This document shows positions 39,301 to 52,299 of a DNA stretch of 64,000 bases, piece after piece (the stretch's first letter is position 1; every line of letters begins with the position of its first letter). The DNA comes from Octopus sinensis. Lineage: Eukaryota. The stretch is from positions 17,236,001 through 17,300,000 of the forward strand of contig NC_043009.1 of assembly GCF_006345805.1 (NCBI RefSeq). The letters run 5' to 3'. The translations under genes were made by a program, and so were the position numbers. The notes beneath the pieces were generated by a model that saw only the letters and a list, made by a program, of their open reading frames with translations, was not told where the DNA came from and made no database searches.

Positions 39301-39703
39301 GAATGTGTGTGCGTGTGGGGGGGTGAGTGTGTGTGTATGCACATGTTAAAATGTGGTTTGCACATGTTATGCAGGAAATGTATGTCAAATGACTATAAAC
39401 CACTTGGAATTTGCACTTCATTTGTACAAAGTTAAATACGAGGAAACTGGATAATAAAGATTTCTTTAGAGTCATTTGACATCTATTTCTGGCATATAGG
39501 TGCTGTTCCTTCAGTTCCTCTTATTTATAATTATAACTATATAAGTATATATTTATATATTGATTTTACCTCTATGGTTTTTATTATATGCTGGCCACTG
39601 ATAAAATCATTAATTTTTAATGATTTTATCCTTAATTATGTATGTCATCATCATCATCATCATTGTTTAACGTCTGTTTGCCATGCTAGCATGGGATGAT
39701 ATA

Positions 39704-39778
<75 letters not shown>

Positions 39779-39784
39779 GCACAC

Positions 39785-39817
<33 letters not shown>

Positions 39818-39821
39818 ATAT

Positions 39822-39865
<44 letters not shown>

Positions 39866-39869
<4 letters not shown>

Positions 39870-40074
39870 GTATCTCTTTTACTCTTTTACTTGTTTCAGT
39901 CATTTGACTGCGGACATGCTGGAGCATCGCCTTTGGTCGAACAATTCGACCCCAGGACTTATTCTTTGTAAACCTAGTACTTATTCTATGGGTCTCTTTT
40001 TGCCAAACTGCTAAGTTACGGGGACGTAAACACACCGGCATCGGTTGTCAAGCTATGTTGGGAAGACAAACACA

Positions 40075-40114
<40 letters not shown>

Positions 40115-40283
40115 TATATACGACGGGCTCCTTTCAGTTTCCGTCTACCAAATCCACTCACAAGGTTTTGGTCGGCCTGAGGCTATAGTAGAAGACACTT
40201 GCCCAAGGTGCCACGCAGTGGGACTGATCCTGGAACCATGTGGTTCATAAGCAAGCTACTTACCACACAGGCACTCCTACGCC
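39866..40283 (-). mobile_element. Family B SINE, near full length
   Basis: ctcttttacttgtttcagtcatttgactgc ... taccacacaggcac. Confidence 0.88.
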
Positions 40284-40341
40284 TATGTATATATATATAT
40301 GTGTGTGTGTGCGTGTGTGTACATATATATATGTATATATA

Positions 40342-40374
<33 letters not shown>

Positions 40375-40705
40375 ATATATATATATTCATATACATGTAT
40401 ATATATATGTATATATATACATATATATGTGTGTGTGTATATATATGTGTACATATAAATGTATATATAAATGTATATATATATATGTATATATACACAT
40501 GTGTATGTATATATATAAACATGTATACATATATATGTGTGTATATATATATATGTGTGTGTGTACATATGTGTATATATAGAGAGATATATTTGTATAT
40601 ATATGTATATATGTCTATATATATATGTATATATGTATATATATCTATATATACATGTTTATATATGTATATAAACATGTATATATATATGTATATAAAT
40701 TTATA

Positions 40706-40741
<36 letters not shown>

Positions 40742-40753
40742 CACATATATATA

Positions 40754-41307
40754 CAGGGTGGACCAAAATGATCTGACACATTCGGAGGCTTAATAAAAGC
40801 ATAAAATAAGAATAATGGAAAGAAAAAAATTATTTTCTGAATGTACATATAATTCCATTTTATTTCATTAAGTTTTAAAAATGAAATCAGCTAAATGCTT
40901 CCCATCCTTGTCGACACACTGTTGGAGACGTTCATGAAAGTTATCGATAACTCTATGGATCATTTCTTCTGGAATGGTTGCTATTTCTGCACAAATTGCA
41001 CGTTTTAATTCATCAATAGATCGAGGGCGATGACTGAATACTTTTGATTTTGAATATCCCCACAAAAAGAAATCACTTTTCACCATTCCAGAAGAAATGA
41101 TCCATAGAGTTATCGATAACTTTCATGAACGTCTCCAACAGTGTGTCGACAAGGATGGGAAGCATTTAGCTGATTTAATTTTTAAAACTTAATGAAATAA
41201 AATGGAATTATATGTACATTCAGAAAATAAAATTTTTCTTTTCATTATTCCTTATTTTGTACTTTTATTAAGCCTCCAAAAGTGTCAGATCATTTTGGTC
41301 CACCCTG
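40754..41307. mobile_element. Tc1-derived tail-to-tail fold-back MITE, 554 bp, ~225-bp arms
   Basis: TA|CAGGGTGGACCAAAATGATC ... GATCATTTTGGTCCACCCTG|TA; encodes a transposase C-terminus DFFLWGYSKSKVF...KHLADFIFKT*. Confidence 0.92.
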
Positions 41308-41311
41308 TATA

Positions 41312-41342
<31 letters not shown>

Positions 41343-41361
41343 CTATATATATATATATATA

Positions 41362-41406
<45 letters not shown>

Positions 41407-41770
41407 TATATATGTATCTATATATATGTATATATGTCTGAGTGTACATAAATTTCTTTTAGGTATCATATACATTTGAATAATCTACATTGTGTATAAT
41501 CGAGAGTAAAATGAAACAGGGGACTTACTTTTAAAAGTTTTTTCAATTATAACGTAAGTTTATAACTTTTACACGTGTTTTATTGGGGAATACTGGTACA
41601 TCATTTGGTAATTTTTATGCGGACAATTGCATTACTTTGAAATGCCATATATGTGTGTGTGTGTGTACATTATATATATGCATGTACTTGTACAAATATG
41701 TATATGTAAATATAAATAATTATGGGTGTGTGTGTATATATATATATATATATGTATATGTATGTATGTG

Positions 41771-41802
<32 letters not shown>

Positions 41803-42262
41803 TATATGTATGTATGCGTGTGTGTTTATTCAGATAGTTAGATATATGGCTTTGTATGTAGTATATGTATGTGTGTATGTGTGTGTTTGTGTGTGTGTGT
41901 ATATATATATATTTCTGTAGAAGACCGTAGGCTCGAAACGTAAAAGAATTTTTCTATTCCTGAGCGTTATACTAATACATCTGTTTGTTTTGTACACCAC
42001 CTGTCTTTGTCTTTTGTTTTTTTTCGTAAACTCTCCCTATATATATATATATTATATATATTATATATTATATATATATATATTATATATAATAATAAAT
42101 ATTAGGGAATGAATCCAAAATTACAGGGAAAAATCAGATTTAGGGTTAAATCCAATTTTATAGTAAAATATTATATAATATAATTCGAGACAAAACCACT
42201 ATTTTAAAACCAAACAAGGAAAGACTTAATACATAAAATTTTAATATAAATTAAATAAACCG

Positions 42263-42305
42263 CCACTACAAATGTTTCATGTCTGCTCCGACAATCTTCA
42301 GGTGG
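42263..42305 (-). ncRNA. Minimal type I hammerhead ribozyme motif (mirror copy)
   Basis: Exact reverse complement of 42361-42403; on the sense strand of the host pre-mRNA. Confidence 0.65.
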
Positions 42306-42360
42306 ATTTTCGATCTTCTAATCAGTATCAAAATTTGATACTGATTAGAAGATCGAAAAT

Positions 42361-42403
42361 CCACCTGAAGATTGTCGGAGCAGACATGAAACATTTGTAG
42401 TGG
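42361..42403 (+). ncRNA. Minimal type I hammerhead ribozyme motif
   Basis: CCAC-CTGAAGA-t-TGTC-ggagca-GACA-t-GAAA-C-attt-GTA-GTGG; predicted cleavage after 42399. Confidence 0.65.
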
Positions 42404-42508
42404 CAGTTTATTTATATTAAAATTTTATGTATTGATTAAGTCTTTCCTTGTTTGGTTTTAAAATAGTGGTTTTGTCTCGAATTATATTATATATATATAT
42501 TATTATAT

Positions 42509-42608
<100 letters not shown>

Positions 42609-42839
42609 CATATAATAAGCATGTGTGTATGTTTGTTGATGTAAAAACTAGTGTTTCAACAAATACAAATAACTATCAAACAGAAATAAATGTTGGTGTC
42701 TGTGTGATTGGCTAAAACTGTGAAGGCATTGCTCCAGCATGGTCTAATAACTTATCATCATTGTCATTGTTGTTACTATCATCACTGATTTACCCACATT
42801 TTGTTTGTATTATCCAATTATCAGCACAAATTTATTTGA

Positions 42840-43060
42840 CCCTTTATCATTTCAACCAGTCATATGTGTCCAAAATATTCTGACCCTTTTATGTTCAAAC
42901 TGGCCAGATCCAACATCTCACACCTACCCAACAATGTCATTGTAAAAATAAACAGCCATATCATTGAAATCTTAAAGCCACAAGATAATGCAGGATTAGT
43001 TCAACACAAGGCATATAAATAAGCATTACATTTGACAGAATAATTTGAATGCTAAAAGGG
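42840..43060. mobile_element. piggyBac-like MITE (different family)
   Basis: TTGA|CCCTTTATCATT ... AATGCTAAAAGGG|CTAA; degenerate TTAA flanks. Confidence 0.6.
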
Positions 43061-43759
43061 CTAAAGTTCCCTGTTCCTTCATTCTTATATTAGTTCACAG
43101 TTTCTGGAACATCAATCACAAAAAAAAAAAAACTGGTTTACCACTGACCCAGACTAACTAATAATTGCTGAATTCACAAAATTGTCTCCTTGTAAATATA
43201 CACAAAGATATCGTATATTTCACAAAAGTTGCTACAGGCTCCTCAGAAAGGTACTACATTAGCTTCACCTCCAGACAAGTTCAAATATTGTTTGGGCAGC
43301 TTCTTCGCACATCCAAAAACACCAATAAAAGATCATAAGCTAAGCTATCTAATTACATGTGGATCCTCAAAAATCTATCTACACTTTAACATTTGAAATG
43401 CCACAGAACACATACATACATACATACATACATACATACATACATACATACATACATACATAAATACATATATACATACATACATATATACGTACAATTA
43501 TACATACATACATACAGACATATATACGTACAATTATACATACATACATACATATATATATATATATACACATACATATATATATATATATATACACATA
43601 CATACATACATACATACATACAAACATACATATATACATACATACATGTATACATACATACATACATACATATATACATACATACATACACACATACATA
43701 CATACATACATACATACATACATACATACATACATACATACATACATGCATGCATGCTG

Positions 43760-43915
43760 GGTGGTTGGTTTTAGGAAGGGCATCCAAACGTAAAATCCCT
43801 GCCAAAACAGACAGAAGTCCGGTGCCGGCTCCTGCCTGGCCAGCTCCTGTCCAGCTGTCCAACCCATGCCAGCATGGAAGGCAGACATTAAACGATGTTG
43901 ATGATGATAATGATG
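43760..43915 (+). mobile_element. RTE-type 3'-end fragment
   Basis: aggaagggcatcc...ctgtccaacccatgccagcatggaag followed by (GAT)n. Confidence 0.65.
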
Positions 43916-43949
43916 GTATTTGCACACTGTAATATATATGAGTCCAAGC

Positions 43950-44105
43950 GTGACTGTGTGGTTGAGAAGTTTGCTTTCCGACCATGTGGTTTTGAGTTCA
44001 ATTCCACAGCATAGTACCTTAGAGAAGAGTTTTCTACTCTCGCACCGGGATGGCCAAAGGCTTGTAAGTGGATTTACTAGATGGAAACTGAAAGAAACTC
44101 ATTAT
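43950..44105 (+). mobile_element. Family B SINE 5' fragment
   Basis: gactgtgtggttgagaagtttgc...gatggaaactgaaagaa. Confidence 0.65.
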
Positions 44106-44577
44106 ATACGTATGTGTACCTAAGTATGTGTGTGTGTGTGTGCATGTGATCATGTCTCCTTAACACTGTGTGCTAATTGTAAACAAACATCATTGTCATA
44201 TAAGCAGTGTCGTTTGCTGGCAGTCTTCAGTGAAAATGTATTTGACAATTGTGTTGTACAAGTTGGAAGAATTGGAGGAAACACGACTTTACTCAGAGAC
44301 AGGTGAGAGTTGGTCTGAGGAGAATATCTGACCTTAGAAAATGTACCTCAACAAATTTTGTTCAATCTGAGGCAGTCGTGGAAACGTGGGTGTTGAAACA
44401 TTATTGCAATTATGATGACTTCACACACACGCACACACACACGCACACACACACACACACACACACATACATATTATGTATGTTCCATTTTTCCTGAGCA
44501 TCCAGCTAATACACCTGCTTGCAATTCTTTCACTTGTCTGTTCTTTTGTATATTTTTTTAACTGTGTATGCATATAT

Positions 44578-44626
<49 letters not shown>

Positions 44627-44639
44627 AAAGATTTATATC

Positions 44640-44915
44640 TCTCTTACTCTTTTACTCGTTTCAGTCATTTTGACTGTGACCATGCTGGAGCACCACCTTT
44701 TAGTTGAAGAAATTGACCCCTAGACTTATTCTTTGTAAACCCGGTACTTATCCTATCAGTTTCTTTGCTGAACCACTAAGTTAAAAGGGACATAAACACA
44801 CCAGCATCGGTTGTCAAGCGATGGTAGGGTGAACAAACACAGACACAAACACACACAGACACACACACACATACACACACACGCACACACACACATATCT
44901 ATCTATCTATATATA

Positions 44916-44984
<69 letters not shown>

Positions 44985-45187
44985 ATATATACAAAGGACT
45001 TCTTTCAGTTTCTCTCTACCAAACCTCTCACAAGGCTTTGGTCAGCCCGAAGCTATAGTAAAAAACACTTGCCCAAGGTGCCATGCAGCAGGACTGAACC
45101 CGGAACCATGTGGTTGGGAAACAAGCTTCTTACCATACGGCCATGTCCTGTGCCTGTATATGTGTATATACATAGATATATGTATGC

Positions 45188-45224
<37 letters not shown>

Positions 45225-45469
45225 CTTTTATTTTTACTTCAGTCATCCTACTGGCCATACTGGGGCACCACTTTGAAGAATTTCAGTCAAATGACCCTAG
45301 TACTTATTTTTTAAAAGCCTGGTACTTCTTCTATTTGTTTCTTTTTTATTGAACCACTATGTTACAGGGACATAAACAAACTAACACTGGTAACCACGTG
45401 GTGGTAGGGGACAAAACACACACACATTTATCTATCTATCTATCTACACACACACACGCACACACGCAC

Positions 45470-45532
<63 letters not shown>

Positions 45533-45672
45533 CATACACACACACTATTGGCTTCTTTCAATTTCTGTCTCCCAAATCCACTCACAAGGCTTTGATCAGC
45601 CCAAGGTGCCAGGTAGTGGGAATGAACTCAAATCCATGGGGTTGGGAAACAACTTCTTACTACATAGTCATG
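44640..45672 (-). mobile_element. Two tandem family B SINEs (44640-45150, 45225-45672)
   Basis: Two blocks of cagtca...gcacc...gaacc(g/a)cta...aaatccactcacaaggcttt...cccaaggtgcc. Confidence 0.8.
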
Positions 45673-45806
45673 CCTACACAGACATGCACATACCAATACC
45701 AGACATGCCAATACAGAAAACTCCCAGCCCTTGAGTCACCTTGTATTTTCTGCTGATCATATATACATATGCATCTATTCGTATGTGTGTGTGTGTGTGT
45801 GTTTGT

Positions 45807-45838
<32 letters not shown>

Positions 45839-45972
45839 CTGTGTGTTTGTGCACATATACTTTTAACTATATTTTTCAGATTTAAGTATAAAAAGAAATG
45901 TTCATATATGTTTTCAGGTTCTTTTTTATGTAAAATTGTTTTTATTTGTAGTCTCTCTCTCTCACTCTCTCA

Positions 45973-46006
<34 letters not shown>

Positions 46007-47618
46007 ACACCTACACACAGCATACACTATGTACCATTTTCTATATGATTAAAATAATATAACCCTACATCACCTTGTACCCTAAACTACACCCTGTCTG
46101 AAGAGGAACGCAGTAAATCTCAATTTTATAATTTTCATTTATTTAATTGATTAACGAAGCTCGCATGAATATCATGTCAAATATAATACTGTATCTAATG
46201 AGCAGGCCTTGGACATGTTTCATAATGGCTAGCATACCATTTTAACGAGGGGAGTCTAGCTGATCGTATAGGTCTGTCTGTGCATCGGCAAGCAAAATGG
46301 AAGTATATACTGCAGTTGTTGGCAGTGTTGATAAGAATCTACTGCACCAAAACAAGTGTCTAGTATTGATCTCAATGTTGGATGAGTATAATGTGTTTGT
46401 GTATGTGTGTTTGTGTTCATGTGTAATGTGTTTGAGTATGCCTTGCATGTGTGTGCGTGTGTGTGTGAAGTAGTCAGTTTTCAGCTGAGTTGTTACAATG
46501 GCACTGAAATTTTATGGTCTGTCTAGACCTAGGCTTCTCCTTCTGCTACTTTATTTTCCTTTCAGTCTCCTCCCCCTCCTCTTCCTCTTCCCTCCTATCT
46601 TCTGTTTCTTTTTGTTGATGTGATGAGAAACCACTTGCTTAAGATGTGTGGTGTGCAGGAAGTGGTGTGGTGAGGGTGGTGGCGGTTGAAGTAAGATGGT
46701 GTGAATGATGTTCTCCTGATGGCAGCGGCAATGGTATGGAAAGAAAGCTGAAGAGGGGGAAAAACTGATAGGAAGGGAAGAAGGAAGAAAGTGGGGGAGG
46801 AAAGGTAGATTAAGGAAAAGAGTGAATGGAAAGAAAGGTAGAGAAAAGGAAGAAGAAATCAAAGAAAATTAGCAATAAAGAAATATGGAATGAAGAAAAG
46901 AGGAAAACAGAAAAAAATATTCTTCAGTTTTCCATTAGTTTCTCATTGCCACCAGCAGCAATACCAGCAGCAGCAGTTGACCCTGTCAATGAAATTTACA
47001 AGGAATCTCTGTCAAAAATAATATTTAGGGGTTTTGATGAATTTTGGATGGTTTTTATATATTTTGGGGGAGAATAGACTAGAAAATAGATTTGATGAAA
47101 GAAGAGAAGCAGAGAACAAAATGTGATACACTTGTAAATAATAATTTATATACACAGATGTCCAGTGTTCAAATACTAATTAATGTAATTATTATTAACA
47201 ATTATTAATTTAACAAACACAAGATATATTTAGTTTTTTAAACTAATATAATGACTATAATTAGAACAGAGTTTCCCAATTATTTTGATACTGTGGAAAA
47301 GTTTCAGATAGACAAAACGCCCAAGAAAATTAATTTATCAAGGTCTGAATAGTTCATTGAAATCACACAATTTCAGAAATGCTCAAAGCTGTTGTTTTTA
47401 TTACCCTTAAGAATGAATGTTTCATTGTCAGTGTTGAAACCCACAATGTCATCTGCCAAAACAGAAGTATGGAGATCAGTATGAACCAGTAATATACTGC
47501 AATCAAATGAATCAACTGTATTCCATGTTTATTTTACATTAACAGAACAAAAAATGGTGATGAGGTATGACTTTATGAAAGAAACTTTATAGACGGGATA
47601 ATAAAAAATATTAATTAC

Positions 47619-47738
47619 CTGTACAGTTCTTCATGTCTGGTGCCAATTCGAAACCAACTGCACAAGCACAGTAGGCGCTGCCATTGGTGTTCACACAGTC
47701 ATATTCACAACCAAAGCCATCAGCACACTCATCGATGT
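47619..47738 (-). CDS. cbEGF exon: [40 protein letters not shown]
   Basis: 120 bp; acceptor cctgttttgtag|AC, donor ACAG|gtaatt; six cysteines. Not in the ORF track. Confidence 0.95.
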
Positions 47739-49439
47739 CTACAAAACAGGAGTACATAGGTTCAATGCATGACAGATGAAGTATATTGATGGAAAGTCCT
47801 TGAGGTGAGGCTTCTTATTTTAATGAAACTGGATACAGCTCTCATCTTCCTCTTCTGTTTGTAGCTGCTTGCTAAGATGATCATATGCAGTTATCCTTGC
47901 CAGAAAGTAAGGTGAACCACTTGCAGGTATGTTAAATAGAGTAAATTTGCAAGGTCTCATCATTAGAAAGAAGCCTTGCAGAGGAACCTATAATTTACTA
48001 AAGATCAGAGGCAGATTTATGGTTAGAGTAAGAGACAAGAAGACTAGAAAGATTTACTGTACAACAATGGTTTCTTGGTGTCAGTATAACCATTTCTGTT
48101 GTCAGTATAACCATTTCACCAAAGAATTAGTTTCTCTCACTTACCTTTGTTACCAAAGAATTCCTAAAAATATTTTATGAAAATTTGATATTTGAAATTC
48201 ATATTTTACCATTACTTTTCACACACCTGTCGTTCAGATAAAAACATTTTAAAAATATACTTACTTATTATATGGAAGATAAACCTGGATTTATACTAAG
48301 TTTCCTGTTGATGGAATATTTTTCATTCACTTTATTTTTTATAGGAAAAAAAGAACATTTAGGTTACTTCAGTTAAATTGATTCTGGTTTAGTCACAACC
48401 CATTCAAATGAGACATACACATGTGCATATACATGCATGTTTCCTACATGTGTCACATGTGTTACACATGTGCTAAGATATTCATGTGCTGTTCAAACAT
48501 TGATGTAATGCTCAAGAATTAGGTTTATTGTAGGGAACCAAGCAAAATTTAAAACTGTTTATAGATATTAGTGGCAAATACCTTTAAAGAATATTATTAC
48601 TCAAAGCAGTCGATCTGAAATTCAAAAACTACTGGTCAGCAGTGTGTCTATGTGACCGTTTGTATTCTTTCATAAAAAGGATCTTTCTAGACAACAACAC
48701 CTCATAAACCTTGGATTGCAAACTCATTGATACAAAGAAATTATTTTCTTTTCTGTTAATCCAATTTTCATATCATGTGGAACCAGAGAGTTATGAACTT
48801 TTAACACAAAGTTAATGTCCAGAAATATAAAGAGTGTAAGAAGTGGAAACAATTTGCTGACTTTGCTATTGAGAGCTTTTCACAAATATAAAACTTAAAT
48901 ACATTAGATATTACTCCTGCATTCAATGAAGTAGATACACTAGACTCATCTCCATTTTGGATACATAAGCCCTTTAGTATATCTCAAAGGGATTATAAAT
49001 ACAAAATGTCCTTAAAAGGTGAAAGAAATGATAGGGATGCTTCTTTATCTGGTAGTTGCCAACAAATCCTAATTATTTCTTGTGGACAGACATTTGTCCA
49101 AAATTAAAGTCAGATATTCATTTTCTTTCAATCTGATTCCTATTTCAGTTTCATTCTGGATCCAATTCCAGTCTGTTATTTCAACAGCTGATCTAGCAGC
49201 TCAAACTAAAGACTGTGTCTACAATAGCTTGAGTTATCATAGTTAAGACATACTTGAAAGATTATATGGCCCTTATGGATATGGTCTGATTCTTTGAAGA
49301 ATTTCATGGAAATACAACCAATATCATAATTACAATTATTATTATTCTATGAGATTTTTATGTTTGTGTAGGTTTGCTGGGTTTTATTCAACACAGTGTT
49401 TCACCACATGTTGCAGTCCTTTGTCATTTCCCTTGTGAA

Positions 49440-50170
49440 GTTCACTCTGTTAAAATCAGCCTTCCCCACTTCTTCCCATACCTTTTTTGGTCTTCCTCTT
49501 ACTCAGATTTCTTTCACTTTGAACACTTTATTCAAATATCATCCACCATATATATCACATGTCCATTACTAGCACAGTCTTTTCTTTTGCATGCTACAGC
49601 CAATTCCTTTTATACTCAGTTTCTCTCTCAGCTCATTTCTACTCAATCATTCATAGACACAAACATATATCCAATGGAGAATGCTCATCTCTTTTCTTTC
49701 CAGTTATTACATCCCTCTGCATCCAATACTCATGTTTTGGCTACCATACACTATTATACTTTGTACATAAGTATCATACAGTCTGTTTTTTTCTTGAAGA
49801 GAAAATCCTCTCTGCTTGCAGAGGTAACTGCTCCCTGAACTTTTTCTACTCCTATTGATATTAGCTACTTCGCTTTCAGAACACTGTTAATTTGGTCACC
49901 TGGGTAATGGATCCTCACACTTACTTTTAGGGAGCTTTCTAAACATTTGAAAGAATAATTTTATGGGTACTCTAATTACTAATCACCCCAATTACGAAAT
50001 GCTTCAGCATGTATACTGCATACAATGTCTTTCTTCAATGTCAATCTGTCTGTCATCCCAGTATTCACCTTGCACGCAGTTTATATTTGGTACATTGTAT
50101 GACATTCCTACCAACTCTTTTTCTGTATATTAAGCATGGCCACTAAACTTTTGTTTCCATTTCTACTTTT
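49440..50170 (-). mobile_element. Decayed RTE LINE fragment
   Basis: YGSKT.VLDAE... and GRPK remnants on the minus strand; many stops. Confidence 0.6.
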
Positions 50171-50314
50171 GTCCATGTTACTTTAAAAAATTTTTCAATT
50201 AAAGGTTTTGTTTTCACATTTGGAATTTCTTCTTTAATTCTTCAACAGATTCAACTATGAGAACTATGTGTCTGGCTCTTCATCAGTTATGATAACAAGT
50301 GTTCCAGGTTATTC

Positions 50315-50577
50315 AATCAATGGAACACCCAGCTCATGGAATTAACATGCAAATGGCTGAGCACTCTACAGACATGCATACTCTTAATGTAGTTCTCTGG
50401 GAGATTCAGTATGACACACTGAATGTAATAAGGCTGGCCCTTTGAATTACACATACAACTCATAAGTGGACTGGAGCGACAAGAAATAAAATGTCTTGCT
50501 CAAGGACACAACAGGTATTGAACTCATGACCTTATAGTCATGAGTGAAATACCCTAACCCTTAAGCCACATACCTTC
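50315..50577 (-). mobile_element. Degenerate tRNA-derived SINE
   Basis: aatgtcttgctcaaggacacaac and gaactcatgacctt...ctaacc head remnants. Confidence 0.55.
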
Positions 50578-51001
50578 TGTACTATGAAAACTAGGTCATT
50601 AAGATATATGTTTCCATTGACAACTGGTCTTAAATTCTGCCAAATGGTCTAAAGAACTATAAAAAAATAGGAGTAAGTGAGAACCGAATCCTGATGGACA
50701 GCTAAAATCCTCACTGAACCTACATTGCTGACAGATATTCAGAACATGACTTACATGGTCCTCATGAGAAATTCATCTACCCCTAATTTTCTTAACCAAA
50801 CTACCAAATGTGGAACCTTGTTAATGGTTTTCTCTGGGTCAATGAATGCTGAATAAAGTGGTTTACTCTTTGTTAAAAAATCCATGAGCTGTCACAGTAG
50901 GAAAAGGACATAAAAAATATTCCATCCTGACACAAACCAGAACTGCATCTCATCTGAATTTATTCTTAATAATTTGTACTAAAATTTCTTTTATTTGCAT
51001 A

Positions 51002-52299
51002 TGAGAGTGGGCTGAAAAGTTCATAGGCTGATTATGAAGGAATAGGGCTAAAGCTGGGAAATCTTGCATGCATTAATGTCAACACTTTTCATTAATAACT
51101 GCATTGTTTTTTTTTCCAAGTAAGCTGACATTTGACTGTTCAAAGACGACTTAAAAAATAACTAGTAACTATTTTTCTTGAAAATGAACAAAACTTGGCA
51201 TTATGGCATTATCAAGTATTTGCAGAAAAGGGGTTTAGCCCCCAATGATATTCATACTGACCAGATTGCTACATTAGGGGATGACATTTCAGCTTTATCA
51301 ACAGTGCAAAAGTGGGCAGCTGAATTTAGGAGAGAAGGGAGAGTCTTGAAGATGACCCAAGATCTGGACATCTTGCATTTGCCACTACTGAGGAAAACAT
51401 TGATTGTGTTCACCACATTGTGATGGATAACAAGTGATTAACTATAAATCAAATAGTCAGTGCTATTAGTATATGCCATGAAAAAGTTGAGAATATTCTG
51501 CTCAATGAACTTGGTATGATGAACGTTTCTGCTTAGCAGCTGCCATATCTTCTGATACCTGATCAAAAGTGCACCAAGTTGATCACATCACAGAAAAATC
51601 TAGCAATGTTTGAGACAGATCCTGCTGGTTTGATTAAACATTTCTTAACTCAGGATGAGTATTGGGTTCATCATTTTAAGCCATAGGCAAAGAGACAATC
51701 CATTGCAGTTGAAACACCTCCTCCTCAGCGCTCAAAAGAAGGCCAAAGTCATTTCCTCTACAGGAAAGGTGATGGTCTCAGTTTTTTTGGATGCAAAAAG
51801 TATTGTATTTATTGAATATCCTTAAAAGGGCCACACCATCAATGGAGAGTACTATGTCAACTTGCTGAGGCAGTTACAAAAGGCTCTCAAGACCAAATCC
51901 CCAGGAAAACTGATGGAAAGGGGTCTTGTTTCATCAGGATAATGCTCCAGCACTCAAGCACTTGCTTTCAATGGCTGCTGTGCATGGCTGTGTCTTTGAA
52001 CTGATTAATCATCCTTCTTATTCTCCTAATTTGGCCCCATCTTACAATCACCTGTTCCCCAACATCAAAAAGCAATTAGCAAGGAACCAGTATCACAGTG
52101 ATGATGATGATGTCATATCTACCGTTGATTTTCTTGACCAACAGGATGAAAGCTTCTTCACCAATGGTATCCAAGCATTGCAACACTGATGGAACAAATG
52201 TGTGGACCACAAGGGGTACTATGTTGAAAAACAAACCCCATTTGGTCACACTCCATGAGAGTATCTTGGTCAGCCTATGAATTTTTCAGCCAATCCTTG
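51002..52299 (+). mobile_element. Full-length (~1.3 kb) inactivated mariner transposon
   Basis: TIRs ggctgaaaagttcataggctga / tcagcctatgaatttttcagcc; MNKTWHYGIIKYLQKRG...HQDNAPA...HPSYSPNLAPS; frameshifts and stops. Confidence 0.92.

Larger units (their letters stand above)
42172..42492. repeat. Near-perfect ~320-bp palindrome centred on 42333
   Basis: Arms pair up to caaa-A-tttg, with one substitution and two short indels. Confidence 0.95.

Noticed and set aside
46091-46121. CTGAAGAG...CTC hammerhead-like start
   Set aside because: Truncated before GAAA, so it cannot form the core.
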